From Candidatus Nanoarchaeia archaeon (GTDB lineage: Archaea; Nanobdellota; Nanobdellia; SCGC-AAA011-G17; JAUYJU01), in assembly GCA_030700155.1 (NCBI GenBank), contig JAUYJU010000027.1, positions 147,066 through 211,065 on the forward strand: 64,000 nucleotides of DNA, in the 5' to 3' direction. Positions 55,995 through 64,000 of this stretch are shown piece after piece. The stretch's first letter is position 1. Each line of letters opens with the position of its first letter. Under the pieces are notes generated by a model. The model was not told the origin of the DNA, did no database searches, and saw only the letters and a list, made by a program, of their open reading frames with translations. The translations under genes and the position numbers were made by a program.

Positions 55995-56920
55995 AAAAAT
56001 TAATCCTAATCTTATTATTAATGATTTTGTTAGTTGGCTGTGTAAAAATACCTACTTTCTCAAAATCAAAGACTCAATTATCAGTTGGTAGGGGAATATC
56101 AATGTCATTTCTTCCAAATTCTCCACCAAGGGAAATCCGTGGACCATTTATAGTTGCATTAGAATTTATTAATCACAATCCCAAAGAGATAACAGGTACT
56201 TTAAATTTAAGAGACGTGACTCCTTATGAAGGTTTTGACCCAATAAATATCCCGATTTTTTTAGAACCAGCAATAATTGAATACTCAGATATTCAAGATC
56301 CGCAAACAAGAGAGTTTCAAATAAAATCGTATAGTCCAAATGGCAAGATTGAAAACTTAGGAAGAATTGATTATAGGGGAGCAGAAACAGGAGCAACAAC
56401 ACAGTTTATTGCTGAATTTGATTTTCCATACTCATCAAACTTTAATACTCAGTTATGTGTTGCAAGTTTTGGAGCAAGACAAGTTAGCTGCCCACAACAA
56501 GAAGTAATTTCAGGACAAAGACTAGGATTTGAAAATGAATTTGCTCCAATCACAGCTTCAGTTAAAAAAACTGCAACATCAACTACACCCGGGCAAGCAT
56601 TAATCAATTTAGAGGTTGAACTAAGAAATGTTGGTGGCGGAGAAATAAAAGGAAGTGAATTTTTAATGGCAGAATTAGACATGATTGGAGAAGGTATAAA
56701 TTTTGAATGCTCATCAATAAATGCAGTTCAGCAATCTGGAAATTCTTTTGATATTCAGTTAGATGCTAACAAGGCAATAATAGATTGTTTTGCAGACGTA
56801 TCTTTTGCCGGAGACCTAGGAATATACAATCTTTACATTACTTTAAGCTACCCCTACAGGCTTGTAACCAATACTGGAGTTATCAAAGTCCAACCTACAA
56901 GAATATCAGACATTTTATAA
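55991..56920 (+). CDS. Putative lipoprotein, paralog of 56976..57920
   Basis: Lipobox LLVGC. GISMSFLPNSPPREI aligns with GLKFSFLENAPPEAV of the next gene. Confidence 0.35.
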   Translation: MKKLILILLLMILLVGCVKIPTFSKSKTQLSVGRGISMSFLPNSPPREIRGPFIVALEFINHNPKEITGTLNLRDVTPYEGFDPINIPIFLEPAIIEYSDIQDPQTREFQIKSYSPNGKIENLGRIDYRGAETGATTQFIAEFDFPYSSNFNTQLCVASFGARQVSCPQQEVISGQRLGFENEFAPITASVKKTATSTTPGQALINLEVELRNVGGGEIKGSEFLMAELDMIGEGINFECSSINAVQQSGNSFDIQLDANKAIIDCFADVSFAGDLGIYNLYITLSYPYRLVTNTGVIKVQPTRISDIL

Positions 56921-56975
56921 TGAGTTAAGTTTATAAACAAAATAATATTTAGAATATTAAGAAAGGGGCGATACT

Positions 56976-57920
56976 GTGAGAAAAATATTACTAATTTCAC
57001 TATTAATCTTAATCATTTCTCTAGCCGGATGTCAATTTAAAAGAGATGTTAGTGTGGAATCTTTAGGGGCTTATATAGGTGGAAGCACAGGTTTAAAATT
57101 CTCATTTCTAGAAAATGCCCCACCAGAAGCAGTTTATGATGAAAATCAAGACGAATTTGATATTGCTATTATGTTAGAAAATGAAGGAGAATATGATATC
57201 CCTTCTAATAAAATAATCTCTTCATTAAGTGGTATAAGGGCAGAAGATTTCAATGTTAATAATTTGAACCGGGTTCTTTCAACAAGTTTAGACGGTAAAA
57301 CAATTAGTGGTGGAGTTGCAGTTAGAGGTTCTCAAGATGAGTTGATATACGAAGGTGCAAAATACAAGCACGATTTGAAAGCAGATTTTTCAGCAAAGAT
57401 AATAGCCCACGTTTGTTATGAATACAAAACAGATGCAATCACAAGTCTTTGTTTAAAGAGAGACGTATTAAGACGCGGAGATGCAGCAGACACATGTTCA
57501 TTAGAGAATGACGCATTAAAATTAGATGTTTCAAGTGGACCAATCCAAGTTTCAAATACTCAACAAGTTCCTCGTAGCAAGAATGAAATAAAATTGACTT
57601 TTGAAGTTTCAAATTCAGGTTCAGGAGAAGTTTATGATCCTTCAGCTTTCAAAAATACTTGTTTCGGACAAGAAGATCAGATTGATAAAGTAAAAGTAAA
57701 AGTTACAAGTCCAGCAGATGGATTAAATATTAAATGTAAAACTCTTGGAGATTCACGTGAAGGCGTTGTTAAATTATTAGACGGAAAAAGATCTATTGAC
57801 TGTTCAATAAACACACAATCTGTTCAAGAAATAACTTTTGAAACCCCTGTACAAATAGAAGTAACTTACTTTTATAGGAATTCTATTTCAAAAGACATTA
57901 CAGTGTTTGCAGGAGAATAA
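56976..57920 (+). CDS. Putative lipoprotein, paralog of 55991..56920
   Basis: Lipobox ISLAGC. It shares the SFL-N-PP-E motif region with the preceding gene. Confidence 0.35.
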   Translation: MRKILLISLLILIISLAGCQFKRDVSVESLGAYIGGSTGLKFSFLENAPPEAVYDENQDEFDIAIMLENEGEYDIPSNKIISSLSGIRAEDFNVNNLNRVLSTSLDGKTISGGVAVRGSQDELIYEGAKYKHDLKADFSAKIIAHVCYEYKTDAITSLCLKRDVLRRGDAADTCSLENDALKLDVSSGPIQVSNTQQVPRSKNEIKLTFEVSNSGSGEVYDPSAFKNTCFGQEDQIDKVKVKVTSPADGLNIKCKTLGDSREGVVKLLDGKRSIDCSINTQSVQEITFETPVQIEVTYFYRNSISKDITVFAGE

Positions 57921-57953
57921 TCTTTAAATAAACTCCTTTATTAATTTTCAACT

Positions 57954-59177
57954 ATGATTGCAGATTTCCATATCCATTCTAGGTTTGCAGCAGCATGCTC
58001 TAAGCAAATTACTTTAGCAAATAATGAGAAGTATGCACGCATAAAAGGGATAGATATTCTTGGAACAGGCGACTTCCAACACCCAAAATGGAATGAAATT
58101 ATAAAGAAAGAATTAACCGAAGATGAAAATGGAATTCTTTGGAGTAAAACAAAATTCCCATTTATATGGCAAAGTGAAATATCTTTAATGTATTCTCAAG
58201 GTGGCAAAGGAAGAAGAATACATCTAGTTGTGTTGGCTCCTGGAAAAGAAGTCGCAGATCAGATAATTGAAGCTTACAAAAAAAGATGGAGAATTGATTA
58301 TGACGGAAGACCAATATTTGGAACTAGTTGCATTGAATTTACAGAAATGTTAATGGGTATTTCTAAAGATATTGAAATAATACCTGCTCATGCCTTTACG
58401 AGTTGGATGAGTGTATTCGGATCAAAATCAGGATTCAATTCATTACAAGAATGTTTTGGAGATCAAGTAAAACATATTCATGCAATTGAGACAGGGATTT
58501 CGTCTGATCCAATAATGAATAGAAGAATCAGCTCTTTAGATAATTTTCAATTAGTTTCATTTTCCGACATGCATAGTTTTTGGCCATGGCGCATAGGTAG
58601 AGAAGCAACTTTATTTGATTGCGAATTAAAATATAAAGATATCATTAAAGCGATTAGAACAGGTAATGGTTTAGCAGGCACTATTGAAACAGATCCAAGA
58701 TACGGGAAGTATCATGAAGACGGACATAGAAATTGTGATGTTCATATGAACTATAAAGATTCCAAAAAAGTTAATGGCGTCTGTCCGAAATGTAAAAGCC
58801 AAATGACCTTAGGGGTTGAATATAGAATAGAGGAATTGGCAGATAGAGCAGAACCGAAAAATGTCCCAAAATTTCATTCATTAATCCCATTATCAGAATT
58901 AATAGCTTCAGTTTATGGAATGAGTATGGTTTCTTCTAAAAAAGTTTGGGAAATCTTCAATAAACTAATTGCAAAATTCAAATCAGAGTTCAATATTTTA
59001 TTAAAGATTACAGAACAAGAACTAAATGAGGTTATAGATCCAAAATTAACTAAAGTAATACTTCTAAATAGAGAAGGAAAACTAGATCTCCTCCCAGGTT
59101 ATGATGGAGTATATGGAAAAATAGTTCTAAATGATAACCAATTAATCCAAAAACAAAAGAAATTGGCAGAATTCTAA
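57954..59177 (+). CDS. PHP-domain protein with a C-terminal zinc finger, endonuclease Q (EndoQ)-like
   Basis: N-terminal MIADFHIHSRF (PHP His cluster). Zinc-finger context CPKCKSQMTLGVEYRIEE. Similar in size (~400 aa) to EndoQ. Confidence 0.45.
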   Translation: MIADFHIHSRFAAACSKQITLANNEKYARIKGIDILGTGDFQHPKWNEIIKKELTEDENGILWSKTKFPFIWQSEISLMYSQGGKGRRIHLVVLAPGKEVADQIIEAYKKRWRIDYDGRPIFGTSCIEFTEMLMGISKDIEIIPAHAFTSWMSVFGSKSGFNSLQECFGDQVKHIHAIETGISSDPIMNRRISSLDNFQLVSFSDMHSFWPWRIGREATLFDCELKYKDIIKAIRTGNGLAGTIETDPRYGKYHEDGHRNCDVHMNYKDSKKVNGVCPKCKSQMTLGVEYRIEELADRAEPKNVPKFHSLIPLSELIASVYGMSMVSSKKVWEIFNKLIAKFKSEFNILLKITEQELNEVIDPKLTKVILLNREGKLDLLPGYDGVYGKIVLNDNQLIQKQKKLAEF

Positions 59178-59187
59178 GTTTAACCGA

Positions 59188-59394
59188 TTACTTTCCAGCC
59201 AATTTAATATCAGAAGCCTTTACAGTTTTTCTACCAGAATGATTAGCCAGTTCAACAGCTTTTTTACCTACTTTATCAGCATGTTCTTCTAATAAATCTC
59301 TAAGTGCTACTTTAGCTTCTTCAGATACCCTAGAAGCCCCACACTTCTTCAAAAGTTTCTCCATTGCAGCTGCAGGCAGTATAGTTCTTGTCAT
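59188..59394 (-). CDS. Archaeal histone (HMf family)
   Basis: The 68-aa sequence LPAAAMEKLLKKCGASRVSEEAKVALRDLLEEHADKVGKKAVELANHSGRKTVKASDIKLA aligns with HMfB. Confidence 0.85.
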   Translation of the reverse strand: MTRTILPAAAMEKLLKKCGASRVSEEAKVALRDLLEEHADKVGKKAVELANHSGRKTVKASDIKLAGK

Positions 59395-59682
59395 TTAAAT
59401 AACCTCAAATTAGGCTTATTTTATTAAATAGAGACTAAATCTATTTATAAATCTTTCTATAAACCGATTTTAGCCTTTTAAGTACTATTTTATTGGTTAA
59501 GAACAGCACCAAAATGTTTATAAACGTCCTAAAACAAAAAATTCATACCATTACAGACTGATCTTCGGATCAGAAAAAATAAACTGCCTAATTAAAGTAC
59601 AGCCGCTCGATTCTAAAGGCGACGGCGATCAGAAGTCTTAAGATCGCACTTAGACATGGGAGTATAACGACAAACTTAAACT

Positions 59683-60639
59683 ATGGGTGGAACAAGCAGA
59701 GTACACTGGCCTCGTAAAGGCAGTCAGCAATTTTGGCCTAGAGTTAGAGCTAAAAAACAAATAGCCAACGTTAATAGTTGGGCTAATTTAGATACAACTA
59801 AACTTCTTGGTTTCTTAGGTTATAAAGTCGGTATGACTCACGTTAAGATGCGTGATAACAAACCAACATCAATGACTAAAGGAGAGAATATCGCTGTTCC
59901 TTGCACAGTTATTGAATGCCCGCCTATAAAACCTCTTTCTATCCGTTTCTACCAAAAAACTCCATATGGTAAAAAATTAATTTCTGAGATTTTCTCAACA
60001 AAAGTTGACAAAAATATTAAAGCTTCTAAAAAACAAACAAAAGAACCTGAAAATTTTGATGATGTAAAACTTGTTGTTTATTCACAACCTAAACTTGCTG
60101 GTTTCCCAAAGAAATCTCAAGATTTAATTGAACTTGGTATCTCTGGAAAGAAAGAAGAAAAACTAAAACTAGCAAAAGACCTTTTAGAAAAAGAAATTAA
60201 AATTTCAGAAGTTTTCAAAGAAGGACAATTCTTAGATGTACATGGAGTATCCAAAGGTAAGGGTTACCAAGGTACTGTTAAGAGATACGGAGTTAAAATC
60301 AGACGTCATAAATCAGAAAAAACAAAACGTGGAGTTGGAAATTTAGGTTCATGGACTCCAAAAAGAGTTGCAATTACAGTTGCTCAGGCAGGTAAGATGG
60401 GTTACCATAAGAGAACAGAATACAACAAATGGCTTATGAAAATCTCTTCAGATCCAAAAGAAGTAAATCCTAAAGGTGGATTTGTAAATTATGGAAATGT
60501 AAAAACAGATTTTATACTGATTAAGGGTTCAGTTCCTGGAGCTTCTAAACGTGCAATAACTTTAACTGAGCCAATAAGATTTTTAGGTAAACCACTGACT
60601 GCAGAGATTACAGCAGTAGATTTGGAGAGTAAACAATGA
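59683..60639 (+). CDS. rpl3: Ribosomal protein L3 (uL3)
   Basis: GYKVGMTHV, the conserved uL3 signature. First gene of the ribosomal protein cluster. Confidence 0.9.
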   Translation: MGGTSRVHWPRKGSQQFWPRVRAKKQIANVNSWANLDTTKLLGFLGYKVGMTHVKMRDNKPTSMTKGENIAVPCTVIECPPIKPLSIRFYQKTPYGKKLISEIFSTKVDKNIKASKKQTKEPENFDDVKLVVYSQPKLAGFPKKSQDLIELGISGKKEEKLKLAKDLLEKEIKISEVFKEGQFLDVHGVSKGKGYQGTVKRYGVKIRRHKSEKTKRGVGNLGSWTPKRVAITVAQAGKMGYHKRTEYNKWLMKISSDPKEVNPKGGFVNYGNVKTDFILIKGSVPGASKRAITLTEPIRFLGKPLTAEITAVDLESKQ

Positions 60640-61538
60640 AAGCAAATTATTTTGATTCAACAGGAAAGAAAATAAAACAATTTGATTTGCCATCTCAATT
60701 CTCAGAAGAATTTAGACCAGATTTAATAAAACGTGCAGTTCTTGCTGTTCAGTCTAATACAAGACAAGCTTATGGTGTAGCACCTAGAGCTGGTAAAAGA
60801 CAGCACGGAAAACTTTCAAGAAGAAGACGTGACTACAAATCAAGCTATGGTATCGGTATATCAAGAGTTCCTAGAAAGATATTATGGCATCGTGGAACCC
60901 AATTTGGTTGGGTAGGAGCTTACGCACCTCATACTGTTAAAGGAAGAGTAGCACATCCACCCAAAGCTGGAAAAGTTTGGAGCGAAAAAATAAATATCAA
61001 AGAAAGAAAGAAAGCAATAAGATCAGCACTTTCAGCAACAATTGATGCAGATATTGTAAAGACAAGAGGACATTTATTTAATGAATTACCAACTGTTATT
61101 GATTCAAAAATAGAATCTTTAGAAAAAACCCACAAGGTTATAGAACTTTTCAATAACTTAGGTTTACAAGATGAAGTTCAAAGATTACAATACAGAAAAA
61201 TTAGAGCTGGTAAAGGTAAATCAAGAGGAAGAAAATACAAAACAAAAACAGGACCTTTATTGGTAGTTTCAGGAACTTGCGCATTAACAAATGCCGCAGA
61301 AAATATACCCGGAGTTAAGGTTTGCAATGTTCGCAAATTAAATGCAGAGCTTTTAGCACCTGGAACAAGTGCAGGTCGTTTGACAATTTACACTGATAAA
61401 GCATTAGAAATTATGGAAAAAGAAAAACTTTTCCTTACAAATGAGAAAATTGCTAAAGAAGTAAAAGAAGAAAAGAAAGAAACAAAGAAAACTGAAGTTA
61501 AACCAAAGAAAGAAACAACAAAGAAGGTAAAAAAGTAA
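60636..61538 (+). CDS. rpl4: Ribosomal protein L4 (uL4) with a Lys-rich C-terminal extension
   Basis: Position and the motifs HRGTQFGWVGAYAPH...GKGKSRGRKY. Confidence 0.85.
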   Translation: MKANYFDSTGKKIKQFDLPSQFSEEFRPDLIKRAVLAVQSNTRQAYGVAPRAGKRQHGKLSRRRRDYKSSYGIGISRVPRKILWHRGTQFGWVGAYAPHTVKGRVAHPPKAGKVWSEKINIKERKKAIRSALSATIDADIVKTRGHLFNELPTVIDSKIESLEKTHKVIELFNNLGLQDEVQRLQYRKIRAGKGKSRGRKYKTKTGPLLVVSGTCALTNAAENIPGVKVCNVRKLNAELLAPGTSAGRLTIYTDKALEIMEKEKLFLTNEKIAKEVKEEKKETKKTEVKPKKETTKKVKK

Positions 61539-61539
61539 A

Positions 61540-61797
61540 ATGGATGCATATCAAATAATAAAACACCCAATATCAACAGAAAAAGCTGTTAGATTAATGG
61601 AATCAGAAAATAAATTAATTTTTATAGTTGATAGAAGGTCTTCAAAAATAGAAATAAAACAAGCCTTAGAAGAAATTTTTAAAATAAAAGCAGAAAAAAT
61701 TAACACTTTAATTAACAAAGGTGAGAAAAAAGCATACGTAAAGTTGCCAAAAGAAACACCTGCTTTAGATATTGCAACTAAGATGGGACTGATATAA
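61540..61797 (+). CDS. rpl23: Ribosomal protein L23 (uL23)
   Basis: 85 aa with HPISTEKAV...LIFIVD, in conserved operon position. Confidence 0.8.
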   Translation: MDAYQIIKHPISTEKAVRLMESENKLIFIVDRRSSKIEIKQALEEIFKIKAEKINTLINKGEKKAYVKLPKETPALDIATKMGLI

Positions 61798-61798
61798 T

Positions 61799-62533
61799 AT
61801 GGGTAAACCACTAACACAACAGAAACGTGGAAAAGGTTCAATGACCTACACTGCTAATACTCATAAGGCCATTGGTGAGTTAAGATATGCAAGTTATACT
61901 GAACAAGAAAAGAACGGAGTAATAAAAGCTACAATAAAAGATTTGCATCACTCAACTATTCATTCAGCACCCGTAGCAGAAATAATTTATGAAAATGGAG
62001 AAAAAGCATTTTTAGCAGCACCAGAAAAAATGAAAGTTTCAGATGAAATACAAGTAGGGTTAAAAGCAACAGTTTCAAATGGCAATATATTACCTTTAAA
62101 GAGTATACCTGAGGGTACAACAATTTTCAATATTGAATCACAACCTGGAGATGGTGGAGCATTCTGTAGAACTGCAGGGGCTTCAGCAAGAATAGTCATT
62201 AACACTCCAGAAAAAGTTACAGTAGAACTTCCTTCAAAGAAAAAGAAAGATTTCAATCCAGAATGTAGAGCAACAATAGGAACTATCGCTGGATCAGGAA
62301 GACTTGATAAACCCTGGTTGAAAGCTGGAAAAGTACACCATGCAATGAGGGCTAAAGGACAGCTTTACCCAGTTACATCTGGAGTAGCTATGAATGCCGT
62401 AGATCACCCATTCGGTTCAGGTAGAGGAAGACATGTTGGTAAGTCAATGACACCTCCAAGATGGGCTCCACCAGGTAGAAATGTAGGAAGAATACATGCA
62501 AGAAAGACCGGAAGAGGAGGAAAGAAGTCATAA
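61799..62533 (+). CDS. rpl2: Ribosomal protein L2 (uL2)
   Basis: GSGRGRHVGKSMTPPRWAPPG..., the highly conserved uL2 C-terminus. Confidence 0.9.
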   Translation: MGKPLTQQKRGKGSMTYTANTHKAIGELRYASYTEQEKNGVIKATIKDLHHSTIHSAPVAEIIYENGEKAFLAAPEKMKVSDEIQVGLKATVSNGNILPLKSIPEGTTIFNIESQPGDGGAFCRTAGASARIVINTPEKVTVELPSKKKKDFNPECRATIGTIAGSGRLDKPWLKAGKVHHAMRAKGQLYPVTSGVAMNAVDHPFGSGRGRHVGKSMTPPRWAPPGRNVGRIHARKTGRGGKKS

Positions 62534-62535
62534 AA

Positions 62536-62930
62536 TGGCATTAAAAGAATTTAGGTACAAAGGTAAAACTGAAGCAGAATTGAAACAATTAGACACAAAA
62601 CAATTGATGGCAATGCTCCCATCTAGAAAAAGACGTTCATTGAAACGCGGATTTACAGATGCACAAAAAGCACTTTTAGATAAAATAAAGAAATTCAGAG
62701 AAGGAAAAAGAAAAAAACCAGTTAAGACTCATTGTCGTGATATGATTATCCTTCCAGAAATGATAGGATTAACAATTCACATTCACAACGGTAAAGAATT
62801 CAAGCCAATTGCAATAACTGCTGAAATGATAGGGCTTTACCTTGGTGAGCTGTCACACACAAGACAAAAGATAGTGCACTCAGCACCCGGAATAGGAGCT
62901 ACTAAATCAAGTTCAGTAGCAACCAAGTAA
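62536..62930 (+). CDS. rps19: Ribosomal protein S19 (uS19)
   Basis: MALKEFRYKGKT...GKEFKPIAITAEMIGLYLGE. I used the start at 62536 rather than the track start at 62496, which overlaps rpl2. Confidence 0.85.
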
Positions 62931-62932
62931 AA

Positions 62933-63385
62933 ATGACAAACGCACACGAAGCAAAAGTAACTGCAAGATCCATGCCAGTTTCAACTAAGCATGTGATTGA
63001 GATTAGTAATTATATTAGGGGTAAAAATGTGCAGAAGTCAAAAGAATTCCTTGAGAATGTCCTAAAAATGAAATCAGCTGTTCCTATGAGGAGATATAGG
63101 AGTGCAGGACACAGAAAAGGTAAAGTTGGTCCAGGACGCTACCCTCAAAAAGCAACAAAAGAAGTTTTACGTTTATTAAAAAATTTAGAGTCTAACGCAC
63201 AAAATAAAGGTCTTGAAGTTGGAGCACTTTACATAAAAACAATAATACCTAATTTAGGAGAAACAATTCCACGTTACGGAAGAAATAGAGGACAAGCAAA
63301 AAGAACACATTTAGAAATTGTAGCAGAAGAAGCAGAAACTAAACCAAAGAAAGAAATAAAAAAGAAAACTGAGGAGAAGAAATAA
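62933..63385 (+). CDS. rpl22: Ribosomal protein L22 (uL22)
   Basis: Operon position. The basic protein has ARSMPVSTKHVIEISNYIRGK. Confidence 0.8.
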   Translation: MTNAHEAKVTARSMPVSTKHVIEISNYIRGKNVQKSKEFLENVLKMKSAVPMRRYRSAGHRKGKVGPGRYPQKATKEVLRLLKNLESNAQNKGLEVGALYIKTIIPNLGETIPRYGRNRGQAKRTHLEIVAEEAETKPKKEIKKKTEEKK

Positions 63386-64000
63386 TGATTGAAAGAAAGT
63401 TCATACAACAAAAAATGAAAGAATTCCATATACAAGAATATGTTTCTCAATTACTTAAAGGTACAGGATATTCACATACTGAAATACAGAGAACGCCTTT
63501 AGGCGAGAAAGTCATAATCTATACTACAAGGCCAGGTATAGTAGTTGGAAGAAAAGGAGAAAGTATTAACAAATTAACCTCAGTTTTAAAGACAAAATTT
63601 AATATGGAAAATCCACAAATAGAAATTGGAGAAGTCGCAAATCCAATGTTAGATGTCCATTACATTGCAGATAAGATTGCTTCAACTCTAGAAAGATTCG
63701 GTTCAAAGAGATTCAAATCAATAGGATACAAGACTTTACAGAACATACTTGATGCTGGAGCTTTAGGGGCAGAAATCGTTATTTCAGGAAAAGTTCCTAG
63801 TGCACGTGCAAAAAGATGGAGATTCAAAGCAGGTTATTTAAAAAAATCAGGAGACATATCAGAAAACCACGTACTAAAAGGATATACAACTGCGCAATTG
63901 AATTCAGGAATAGTAGGTATTAAAGTTTCAATAATGCCATCAACAATCAAACTTTTTGATAAGATTAATGTCAAATCTGCTGAAGAAGTTATAAAAAAGG
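63386..64000 (+). CDS. rps3: Ribosomal protein S3 (uS3), N-terminal part. The gene continues past the window end
   Basis: My translation MIERKFIQQKMKEFHIQEYVSQLLKGTGYSHTEIQRTPLGEKVIIYTTRPGIVVGRKGESI shows the KH domain. This ORF is not in the track because it is truncated. Confidence 0.8.

Noticed and set aside
62496-62535. Upstream start of rps19 at 62496 (MQERPEEEERSHK...)
   Set aside because: It overlaps the end of rpl2 by 38 bp. MALKEFRYKGK at 62536 matches the conserved uS19 N-terminus and starts 2 bp after the rpl2 stop.
1-64000. rRNA genes, SRP RNA, RNase P RNA, and C/D box sRNAs
   Set aside because: I saw no long GC-rich non-coding stretch compatible with rRNA. I found no clear RUGAUGA...CUGA box pairs in intergenic DNA by eye. 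I cannot exclude small ncRNAs without covariance-model searches.

Overview
This is an AT-rich archaeal chromosomal segment, about 30% GC, with the gene content and features of a small-genome, DPANN-like archaeon. All calls below rest on motif recognition in the supplied translations and on reading the DNA by eye; I ran no searches.

The left part holds a replication core. It has a partial tyrS at the window edge, a Cas4/RecB-like PD-(D/E)XK nuclease and a TctA-like membrane protein. It then carries an operon cdc6/orc1 -> PolD small subunit (DP1) -> PolD large subunit (DP2), translationally coupled by ATGA overlaps. DP2 is interrupted by a roughly 496-aa LAGLIDADG intein. An AT-rich candidate oriC with ORB-like elements lies next to cdc6 (11062..11586). 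A PRC-barrel protein and archaeal LonB follow.

Coordinates 13.7-16.1 kb hold a three-gene minus-strand module: a large protein with a C-terminal HicA-like domain, a membrane-anchored SNase-type nuclease, and a possible HEPN-like protein.

Coordinates ~16.7-31.3 kb look like an accessory region or integrated element. It contains HTH regulators and a GC-rich, densely repetitive non-coding region. Three consecutive genes are each followed by the same roughly 20-bp motif, and a toxin-antitoxin cassette is flanked by 22-bp direct repeats whose core recurs immediately upstream of a tyrosine recombinase gene. The region also has an HNH endonuclease, a second RelE-type toxin-antitoxin pair, and an 11-nt poly-C tract. 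A five-gene minus-strand operon encodes N-glycosylation-rich surface proteins, including a 1329-aa giant protein with 3x ~100-aa tandem repeats and a C-terminal domain shared with a smaller paralog.

The right part is mostly housekeeping. It has a PAC2-type proteasome assembly chaperone, a free-standing LAGLIDADG endonuclease abutting a tRNA with about 40 nt of extra sequence, and a MoxR/DUF58/vWA (Bat-like) operon. It then carries serS, a metallophosphoesterase, topoisomerase IA, radB, a geranylgeranyl reductase and a cluster of small 'MTN...' proteins. S3Ae, a degenerate MCM-like AAA+ protein, tRNA-Thr, tRNA-Val, four paralogous secreted or lipoproteins, an EndoQ-like PHP protein and an archaeal histone follow. 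The window ends with the start of the L3-L4-L23-L2-S19-L22-S3 ribosomal protein operon.

I found no CRISPR array and no rRNA.
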